Shown here: piece by piece, positions 50,526 through 60,729 of the stretch | Layout: each line of letters opens with the position of its first letter | How positions within the stretch are numbered: the first letter of the stretch is position 1 | NCBI GenBank assembly: GCA_002189035.1 | Contig: NEEC01000020.1 | Span: forward strand, 1,240,001-1,304,000 | DNA length: 64,000 bases | Reading direction: 5' to 3' | Source of the DNA: Utricularia gibba | Lineage: Eukaryota > Plantae > Magnoliophyta | Notes under the pieces: model-generated | Seen by the model: the letters and a program-made list of their open reading frames with translations, nothing else | Told to the model about the DNA's origin: nothing | Databases searched by the model: none | Translations under genes and position numbers: made by a program

Positions 50526-51859
50526 ATCTGTCCCCCTTTTCCTCGAATCTCATGGATCTGAGGCTTTCTAGCTCTTTTTCATCACTATCTGCTACTCTAC
50601 TCTGTTTGTGTCGTCGTCTTCGAGTCTAGGACTTGCGCTGTTTCGGCCTCTCTTCTGTTGGCCGTCGTTAACCTGAGTCGAATAAGATCTTACCACCACA
50701 TCTCTGTGATCCAATCAGCAGCTTTCTCTCTATGTTTAAAAAGAACGAGACCGAGAGTCGGAAGCCGCCGTTGCGCCTAAAACAATCAATCAGGTCGATC
50801 ACCATGCTCAAAAATCGGAACTTTTTTAACATCTGAAACAATACTCTGGGTTGTTCCATAGATGTGATTGTGGCAAGGGCAATCCTTTCTGAAACTGGTG
50901 ATGATGCATGCTTGTAGCCAGCCAAGCCTGAGTTCCGAGAGACAGATGAGATGATCTGGTGAAACTCCCCTCTTCCTTACTCAATCTAACAGTACGAGGG
51001 TCAAACATGCCTATTGGCTACTGCGCCAACCTCCGGCGGCTCCATCCATATTCCATACATGGTGTCTGTGTCTGTGTCCTGGGAAAAGGGAACAACCACA
51101 GCTGGCAGAAGTGAAAGATGAGGAGGACAACAAAGATTCCCACGCTCTAAACTTAGAATTGCAGAAAAACTTTACCATAACACAGAAAAAGCGACGTGGA
51201 ACAAATAATACACAACTGTAAGCAACCTTGCTGTGTTCAAGAATTCAATGCTAGTCCAGTCGTACCAGAAGCGAGCGAGACAACCTCATAACTCTGAACT
51301 AATGACTGAAGAAAGAAAGAAAGAAAATGAGATGTAAAATGTGGGGCGCGATTCTGAAAAATACATAAAACCAGGGCCATGAAAACAAATCCATTATAAA
51401 TTTGAATAACGTTTGAAGGAGATGGATCATCTGCAGCTAGTGAAGTATAAGTTGACCCCTTTTTGTGCCTGTATTGTATTGATCTTGGCTTTTCATTCCT
51501 CCAGATTAAGGAAGGGTGAAGGGCCAACCCGAAAAGGGCAAGGACAAGGACAATCCAATACAATGATGGAATTCGATTGGCCTTCATGCAATGCAATGCA
51601 ATGCAATAGAGAGCACGTGATCCTCCTAGTAGTGCAAGACTTTCCTTCAACAGAAGCCTCTTATCAACACATGTGGGCATGCTGGTTGTATCAAATGACG
51701 CCTTCTCACGTGGATTTCACCTTTATTTGCAGTCTGCAGGGGCCGATAAAAATACACCACGGAGTGATCCTAGTGCGTATTATATAAAAATTATATTTTT
51801 AATTAATATTCTGGAATATTCATTCCTACGTCTTGAGGCTTAAGATATAACTAAGGCCT

Positions 51860-53634
51860 TGCAGCAATCTCAATGGAGAGGCGATAGAAGACGATAGAAA
51901 TAAATGACTGAAAAACACAAAACGTGGTGTCCGGTAGATCTCCCAGGATGAAGAAAATATCATAGTGGGTGCTCAAGACCAAATCCAACACTAATGGAAC
52001 ACTACAAAGGTATAAGGAAGGCTACGTTAGTTGTTGCTCAAGAACATGCTATAGCTGACTACTAGGATACATTTTTGCCGGCAGCCAGGTGAGCTTGTCA
52101 TAGTAGTGGCTATGCAAGAGCATGGGTGCATCATCTATCAAATCAAATGGATGTCAAATTCGCGTTCCTAAATGGGGAGCTGTAGGATTCAAAGTCTTTT
52201 TAAATTAGGTGTAAGCCTTGTATGGGCTTAAAAAAAGGCTCCTTATCCCTGGTATGAGAAACTAGATAAAAGTATTGCTGGAATTTGGTTTCGAAAAAAG
52301 CAAGAATAAAGCAGCGTTGTTTGTACTCCAGGAAGATACCCAAGGCATAATGATCAGAATGTCTTGGGTATCTATCTATGTAGATGACACAATGGTCACT
52401 GGAGATAATCCTTCTCTGATTTGTAGGTTCAAGGGATTCTTGAAAACCAGATTTGAGATGACTGAGCTTGGTCTTATGCATCAGAAATTTCTGGGGATTG
52501 TTCTCAGACCAAGTTCACCAAGAAACTTTCGAGGAAGTTGGGATTTTCAAATTGTTCTTTTTTTTTTTAACTCTTCGAATCCTACAGAACTTCAAATCTA
52601 TGCTGTCTAAAGATGGAAAGGCTGTGTATCTCATGTTCTGAATCACTCAGGTTCTTAGCAAATACAAGGCTAGATATCATGTGTTGCACCAGTTTGTTGT
52701 CTAGGTTCATGCACTATCCCATTGAACATCATCTCCAATGTGGGAAAAGAATAATCAGATACATGGCAGGAATGAAATCCTATGGGCTATTCTATGACAA
52801 AAGTAATAAAGAAATGTTTGGCTTTGTCGATTATGATTTCGCAGGAGCTCATGGCTTCTGAAGTACATTTGGATACTTCTTCACTATTGCATCTTTTGGA
52901 ATAAGCTGGATTTCAAAAAAAACCAATCTGACATATCAAAGTTCACAGCTGAAGCAGAATAAATGGCAGCCTCTCTCTCTTGTTGGAAACCATGCGTGTT
53001 GGTTGAGGAAGATACTCACATATGTAAAAGGAGGGGTTCAAACAACCACAGTGATATTTTGCAATTCCAATAGTGAGATTGCAATAATTAATAACCTAGT
53101 AACAAAATATATCTCAGTAGTTTATCATTGCATAAGAATCAAGAACTTAGCTTCGTCCATTGCTACTCAGAGGCATCGAGTGCATACATTTTTACGAAGG
53201 CCCTACCTTTGCATCAGTTTGAAACACTGAGAAATGAGCTCAGTTTGTTAGATGGAAAAATATTCACAAGGGTGATCAAGATTGTGAACGTCCCTCCATC
53301 CATCAAGCAGCAAAGAGACAGGAGTCGAATTGACCAAACAATAGTCAATTGAGAAGAAATCCCCTGAATTTAATCATCCCCTATTTTCGCGGAATCTGTT
53401 GTTGGTAGAACTTTTTAGAGTCCATTGCATTTTATCTATTTAGAATAAGTAGAGACCGATAATCAAGCTTAATTATCGTGTTGTTTATTGACATTGCTGT
53501 CTATTTATTTTCACTCATTGTGTGGACAATAACTATGTTCTTGATCAAAAAAGAGTGCATTTCAGTCAGCTTGTGTGCAAGACTCAGGAAGCATGAGAGT
53601 TGTGTCTACTGCTGTTTTCATTTCATCTTTAACA
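51860..53634 (+). mobile_element. 5'-truncated degenerate Ty1/Copia RT-RNaseH with a possible 3' LTR (~53282-53634)
   Basis: KTWCPVDLPG (~51920), MDVKFAFLNGEL (~52148), IYVDDTMVTGDN, RFEMTELGLM, GFVDYDFAG, YIFTKALP..QFETLRNEL (~53180-53240). The putative LTR ends TTTAACA. Confidence 0.8.
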
Positions 53635-53972
53635 CAAAGCACTTGACATCCGAGTTCTGAGGAAAGCACCCCAAACGAAGCAAATTGATACAAAGAACTG
53701 CTGGATGAAATTCTAGAGCAACATGAAGTTTCTGGATCCGAAGCTACTAACTAGTAGGATTTGCTGACAGCAATCAAATACTGTCCACAGGGTTTACTGA
53801 CGAGGAATTGGTTGATCCCTGCACCTTAAGGAGGGTGAGGAAGAGAAAGCTTGATCATCTATCTCGTATCTTGGCCTCAACATGTTACTTGCAACATTGA
53901 TTCCACAATCATTTGTCCACATTCTTGGAATAACAAACGAAGCAGTTGTATACATTTTTTTCATCACACGTT

Positions 53973-55912
53973 CTATTTGGCTCCTATCCTTTCAGTACAG
54001 AACTTCGTCTTTAGAAACTCTTCCATCTGATGGAAAACTAACGAAAACAAATTTGAATTGTAGGTTTCACTCTGAAGCAATTTTCCCTTCACCAAGAAGG
54101 TTCCAGGTATTTGCTGAAACACCTACACATGGAACAGGCATGATGCTATTACCATGGCCCATATTCAAAGAAGGATACATAAAATAAGCATTTGGAAACT
54201 TCTGGAACTACCGTTATACGAAAACTCAGGACATCCTGTTGCCCATGCTTATCATCTTGAAATGTGTTGCCAGCACAATTTTTCAAAAATGCGTCAATCT
54301 GATCAGCTGATGCATTGACCTGTGGCATAAAAAAAAAGAGGAAACCCATGGATCATCTGGAAGAACTAAAGTGAACCAGCGAGGTGAATACGAGCTTATA
54401 CTTCAATGTTGAAGGCAGATGAATCTACTTTACAGGATACACCGATATTGATGAGGAAGGATTCAGCGTTCTGCAGCACATGGAGAGCACTATGCTGACG
54501 TTGAAGGCCCTAAAAATTTTATCAAGTCGCATATAAGGAAACAGCCGACTGCAGAAAAAACAATGGGGGGATTTTAATTTGGTATTCAACAAGTTTCAAA
54601 ACCTGCAACATAAATGACAGATTATTATCTCCAGTCGTGAGCAATCTAGTTTTTTTAATGGAAGCTGGAAAAAAAGACCAAGCGATTCCCCATCTCGATG
54701 TCCTTCCCTGGGAGAACTCAGTTGTCTTTACTACTGTGACTCCAGATCGCCATAGTTGAGGTACGAGGACGTTGAGGCTGACCTTTCTACCTACCATAGA
54801 AGTGAACCACCTACAATGAACAAAAGGATGGAATATCCAATTGATGTATTTGAATTGAAAGCTACATCATCAAAACATGAAACACTCGAATACCTAAATG
54901 TATACTTCATCTTTGTACTATCTTCAATGATGCGAGACACAAACGCAAGTTCACCACCAACAGAGACCATCTCCTCAGGAGTTCCTCCACAAGAAGTTTT
55001 GGGATTTAAACCTGCTTCCTCCATCGACTCAAAAAAGGGGGGGTTGCACATACAAAAGTCAAATTTCTCCCCCTCCTTGACAACGCCGAGAAGAATGGGT
55101 GGCCCAATATAGCTATTCTTATTGTTGGTGCTACTGTCACCACTCACAGTTGTGCTTGGAAATTCATCACCTTGACACATTATACCCGTCGTATCCACAC
55201 GCCTAATCTCAATAAGCCCAGATATTTGCTGATTGCTACTCACATTTTGGCTTGCCCACTCTATAGCTACATCAGTGACATCTACAAAAAAATTTCAAAA
55301 CGATTCAAACTTCTGGGAATAGAAGAAAATAGAATATATCCGGGAAGAATCTTCTTTTCTTAACGCGAAGAACCAAGTACCTGAAGCTACGAAGTTCCAC
55401 CTAAGAATGGACGCACCAAGAAGTGGATAAATGCAATTTGCCCCAGTCCCAATATCAAACCCTTTCACAGTATCACCCTTTTCGTTGTGCGCTGCTACAA
55501 CATCGCAGGCCAAAAGATCTTCTATCCAGTGTATGTAATTAGATCTATTGGTAACTGTTGGACACAGCTGCCCATCAGGAATCCACCTACAGTATTAAAT
55601 TTCACCGCATGAGCAGCACACAGTCAGCACGCAAAACTATAAAAGAAACAAGCAAGCATTGTGGCAATCAGCATCGAATTGTGGAATTCCGTACCAGTTT
55701 AGGCCATGGTCATGAAGCAGCAAAACTCGGGTCAACTCACGAGTAGCATTAAAATCTGTCCAGTCGATTCTGGGACGACTATCGCCAGAATAGAAGACAT
55801 AGGGCTCGAAACTCGGGTACAACGACGCTAACAACGAAAAGTCCGGTGGATTATCGCAGTACTTATTACGCGGGTGGATCTGCCGTTGCGCTTTCTTCCT
55901 CTTACCCGCCAT
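53973..55912 (-). CDS. FIO1: FIONA1 / METTL16 (U6 snRNA and mRNA m6A methyltransferase), 7 exons
   Basis: IHPRNKYCDNPPDFSLLASLYP..IDWTDFNATRELTRVLLLHDHGLNW|WIPDGQLCP..GFDIGTGANCIYPLLG; catalytic FDFCMCNPPFF; R|WFTSMVGRK..TTEFSQGRTSRWGIAWSF; VFQQIPGT..; TAG at 53975-53973. Confidence 0.96.
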
Positions 55913-56221
55913 CGCCGTCCGGTGAAGCTGGTGGCGGTGGGTTTGAGCATTCGAATGGGCCTGGGCCATAAACTAATGGGCCGAGTACATTAGTACCTTT
56001 CCTAATGTGCTAGGGTTTATGAGGATTAACTCTGGATGATTGAATCCACGGTGGATGAGAATATCGCCCAAATAAGGACCGTTAGATTAATCCGGACCCC
56101 ACCGAGGAATTTTCAGTGAGTTTATTCGGGGAATGAAATCCGCAGATTCGCGAGGGCTGTATATAATTGCGTAGATATGAAGCGAAATGGAGTGTGAAGA
56201 AATATCTAGGGTTTTGTGGAA
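55913..56221. promoter_or_regulatory. Candidate bidirectional promoter between FIO1 and the cold-shock protein gene
   Basis: 309 bp between the divergent ATGs. Site II TGGGCC at 55956, 55962 and 55977; telo-box TAGGGTTT at 56011 and 56207; MSA-like TCTAACGGTC (minus strand, 56077-86). Confidence 0.7.
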
Positions 56222-56749
56222 ATGGCGGACGGCGATGTGAAAAAGGGATCTGTTAAGTGGTTCAGTGTCGAGAAAGGTTACGGCTTCATAACCCCCGACG
56301 ACGGCAGCGAGGATCTCTTTGTCCACCAAAGCGCCATAAAGTCTGAAGGTTTTCGCACTCTCGCCGACGGCGAAGCTGTTGAGTATGTCGTCGAGCAAGG
56401 TAACGACGGCCGTGCCAAGGCGTGGAATGTCACCGGACCCGGTGGCTCGCAAGTCCAGGGAAGCACCCGCGGATCGTATGGAGGAAGAGGCGGCGGCGGC
56501 TACAACAGTGGAAGCCGCGGCGGCGGTCCTCGTGGCGGAGGCGGCGGAGGCGGCGGAGGCGGCGGAGGCGGCTGTTTCAAATGCGGTGAGAATGGCCATA
56601 TGGCTAGAGATTGCTCCCAAGGCGGGGGCGGTGGAGGCGGAAGGTATGGAGGCGGTGGCGGTGGCGGTGGCGGCGGCGGTGGTGGCGGCTGCTACTCGTG
56701 CGGTGAAGATGGGCATTTTGCTCGTGACTGCCCTAATTCTAACCGTTAA
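56222..56749 (+). CDS. CSP2: Cold-shock domain protein (CSD, Gly-rich linker, two CCHC zinc knuckles; CSP2/GRP2 type), intronless
   Basis: [32 protein letters not shown] (RNP1/RNP2), [31 protein letters not shown] at 56747-49. Confidence 0.97.
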   Translation: MADGDVKKGSVKWFSVEKGYGFITPDDGSEDLFVHQSAIKSEGFRTLADGEAVEYVVEQGNDGRAKAWNVTGPGGSQVQGSTRGSYGGRGGGGYNSGSRGGGPRGGGGGGGGGGGGGCFKCGENGHMARDCSQGGGGGGGRYGGGGGGGGGGGGGGCYSCGEDGHFARDCPNSNR

Positions 56750-56919
56750 GCCCATTTCGGTTTCTGGTTGTTTGGTTTCGTCTGGATTTGAGTCCTTTCT
56801 TCTTTATTTTTACTAGCAGTTGGCATGCTGTATGAATCGGTGATTATTCATGAATGCATTGTCTACTGATCTGAATGTTTTGTTCGGCGCATCAATCTAT
56901 GCTGGGCGTAGGTCCTTAC

Positions 56920-57850
56920 CTCAAATAAGTATTTGTTGAATACCCCTCATTTCACTAAAATTAGATGAATACCCCTCATTTTTTTTGTGCTTGTTGAATA
57001 CCCGTGACGAAATAAAATAATAAAACTATATTTGATATTATTTACAATAATAAATAATTTCATATACATACACATATATATATATAATTAATTTTTGTTG
57101 GTGATATGTAATGAATAATAAATTATAAAGATACAAATAAATAATTAGTAAAATATGCAAATATGCTAAAAATAAATAATAAATTTAATATTAATTTCAA
57201 ATAATTTAATTTAATTTAAATTAATTATAATATTTCATAAAATATAATTTATTAAATTACAAATTTAAAAATTAAAAAAAAAATACAAGACTTCCAAAGA
57301 TGTAGGTTATATAACCCACACGTGTGCAACACGTATCCCACACTCGTGCAAGGTGCACCCACACCTGTATAAGGAATGGTTTCATGGGGATGGGCGTTTA
57401 CACCCGTCTTTACATTTAATCCCAACAAATTTATACAATTATAATATATTAAAATTTTAGCTTGTACATACCTCTACTTCAAGATGCATTAGTGATGTTA
57501 AAAGAAGTATTTTTTAGTGCAATGACCATGTCGACACCAAACAATGCATTAATAGCATGGAACACACATCGCAAAGAGTAATCATCGATAATGGGAATAG
57601 AGTTTGGTACACCCAATTCGCATTTGATATATCAAACAATAATTCTAAGGGAAGATTGATTTGGATTCGTACCTATTATAGCATATAAACGATAACATAA
57701 TCCTTCAAACTTGATCCCTCTTTTGAGATGAAGATATTTGTTCGACGCTTCATCAAACATCATGTGAATAGTAAACTCATTGAAATCATTGTCACGACAA
57801 AATACACATACCTCTACGAATGAAGTAGACATTGCACTTGTGAAATGAAT
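56920..57850 (-). mobile_element. Possible MULE remnant (subterminal repeats plus a MuDR N-terminal-like fragment)
   Basis: GAATACCC occurs three times at 56935-57005. The minus-strand fragment IKFEGLCYRLYAIIG..LRIIV.YIKC..PIIDDYSL resembles MuDR N-terminal domains. No partner TIR was found. Confidence 0.35.
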
Positions 57851-60729
57851 AAGAATGTAAATGTAAAAATGAGGATGAATATTTGTGTAGAAAATACAAG
57901 AATGTATGAAAAGAAAGAAAATGAATGAGTGAAGATGAAATGAAAATTTATGTGATTTATATGGTATTTATAGAAAATATTTATGATATTATATCTATTA
58001 AAATAATAAATTTAACCATTAGAGAATATTATAACTATTTTTTTATTAATAAGTCATATAGTCGTTGGATTATGATACAACTGTTGGAATTCAATGACTA
58101 TTTTTTACAATAAATGTATTGATGGAACACTCATCCCTACTAATCCATGCCCTCCACGAGTGGGGGTTATGTATCCTATTTTATTGAAAATCAGAATTGG
58201 ACTTCGTCAATTTCAATATTCTCCTTATGTATCTTGCCCCTTCTATCAATCACGACCGTATCGTCAAGTATCATGGATATATATGATCATTCCTTTTATT
58301 TAAAAGAGAAAAAAAAAAAACAACATACAAAACTTCTATCAGAGTAATGTAAACCCAAGTCTAACATTTGGTATCTATGCAAGTTGAAATAGCCCTTAAA
58401 CTTAAGCCTTGAAAACCAAGACAATATCTAGGAAAAAACAAGTCCTAGTATTAAATTAGACATTTAGTTCACACAACTATATGTGTAAGCCCTCAGTCAA
58501 ATTCGAGCTCAATTCGTCCTTAGGTAGCAAAGACTGCTATATAGAGCCTCATATGTAGTGCTATAAATAGATAGGGTATATGAAAGTGGGGTTGCTATGT
58601 AGGGGCTCATTGTTGTACCCAAAATGTTTATTGTGCAAAGTCGTATATATGGTTTCATTAGTTGGTTTTGACTTATGAATGCAAGAATTGTTGTATCAAG
58701 TTTCATTGTCTTATAAGAAGGATTGCCATATAAAGCCCCATTGTGGGAATAAGTTTTCAAGTAGATGAACATTAGAGGTCATAGCCAACTATTGAAGAGG
58801 TATGCTAGAACTACTGAAAGAGCATGCAATTGAATGAGGTTATGTGAAAACTATTGAAGGAAGTATGGTTCGTACCTATTCGATCTGTTCAACCATGCTG
58901 ATTTCTTCATAGTAGGATGATTCTTGCAAAACTTTTCAAGGAGGGATCGATGTTAACTCATCCACCTTAGTTTTACCTTTCTTCTTGGATTCAGCTAACA
59001 AGCTTCTCCTTCAAGTTGCTTCCTTTCTTTCACTCGCTCTTTGTCAGGTATCTTATCAATGAGAGGTCTTGGGGGTCACTCACATCATTTCATCCCCTAC
59101 TTTCTTGGGTTGCCATTCTCTTTTCAAAAACTTACAATAGTTTATGTTTCAAAAGTTACTCTAGATACACAAATGACAACATACATTTGTGAATAAGTAA
59201 TAGTCTAATGGAACTTATAAAACTTTCACATTTCTGGCTTGGAATGTTGCTTTATGATCTTAGGGCAGGAGCCTCTTTTAGACACTTAAGATGTTTTTGT
59301 TTTGAATGCTTTGATTTTTTCATGGATGTGTATCGGCTAGACCAAAATTATGAGTTTTCATTTTCTATTGTTTTGTACTATTATCATTGTATCATTCAAA
59401 AACACATACTTAGGCACTTCCTTAAATTTTCTACCCCCTCATTCAGGATGAAAGATACATATATTATCTTTTGTCTCACAATATGAATGTTCATCATGTG
59501 GAGAAAAGAAGGACAAATTAGTAAAACAGCGAATGTTATTTGAGGGGATAGGTTGGTACTACTTTTGAGCATCTCCTTATAGATGGACATGAGCAATTGA
59601 TACATCATTTCATCAATTGTTAGTGTTGTTCCCATCTAAATGCCAAAAAGACTCAAATGTTGGTGTGAGTCACTCTTGTCGTTGAACTTATGGAGTCTCT
59701 TAACTGCTCAAGAACCGTATCATAACACATCATTGATGATTTAGATGGAAAAAGTTTTATATCATCTCTCTTTTCTCTCCATCTAATAAGCATCCATGGT
59801 TAGTTTTATAGGATCTATTTTTATAAGATTAGACCTTACAGGTGACATTCTCATGTATCAAGTATTAGAGGCCTCTTTATCCTCTATCGTGATCTGTTGG
59901 CTATGCATTTTAATAGCTTTCCATGCTGATTTTGAAGATGGGAAAATGCCTAAAATTTGAAATAATAAAATAAAACCTTGAAACACAATGGATCTTTGAC
60001 ATCTAATGAAACTAACAGCAAAGGAAGCTCTTGCAACTAGTCTCGAACTTCAGTATCAAATGACCCAGAAGAAGACTCCCATCTATCTTGATCAAAAGTA
60101 ATAATTTGTCAAGAATGGCACGAAACAATCCCATTAAAAAGGGGTCAACCAAAAAACTAATGGAAAAACTATTAAAGTCAAAATCTTAAGGGGGAAAGTT
60201 CTTTCATCACTTTCACTTGCAGGTCAGAGAGCTCCATCCACTCAATCAGAATCAATTTCTGAAAGGTGAATGCGTTGCATCTTTTCGACTCGCCTTCAAA
60301 TTTGCTCATGGTTGGATAATTGTGAGCTCTATATATTATATTTTAGTATTTCATTTTGTTCATAGCAATTAAGAATAAAAATTAAATAACATACTAATCT
60401 ATATAGTTATATTGATAATAAAAAGCAAAGATATAAAAAATAATTATTAGTAATTTTATTTATAATTTGAAGATAGTTATGATAACATAAATAATCGTAG
60501 AAAAGTTTTGAAGGTAAAAATGATAATATTGAATTATTTTAAATAAAAAAGATGATTAATTGTAATAGTTTTGAAAAATGATATAGTTTTGAATTAGCAA
60601 TTTTAATTTAATTATATTTGGATAATTCTCTTCCATGTTGCCTCAATTGGTTTTTCTCTTCCTTCCGGAGTAGAAAACTAAAGGAGCACCCTAAGGCCGT
60701 CCAATTGCACAACCTTCACAATTGAGAAT

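Noticed and set aside
50960-51625. Partial matches to miR482 (TCTTCCTTACTC, ~50970) and miR157 (ATAGAGAGCAC, ~51605)
   Set aside because: Only 11-12 nt match the recalled mature sequences and there is no star arm or hairpin.
56087-56755. 222-aa minus-strand ORF (Ala/Thr-rich) and the 145-aa alternative plus frame
   Set aside because: Shadow ORFs produced by the GGC/GGT Gly repeats and high GC3 of the CSP gene; no independent protein features.
58440-60340. Exon-like and coding-like fragments on the minus strand
   Set aside because: Interrupted by stops and not assignable to any family; probably TE-derived but unsupported.
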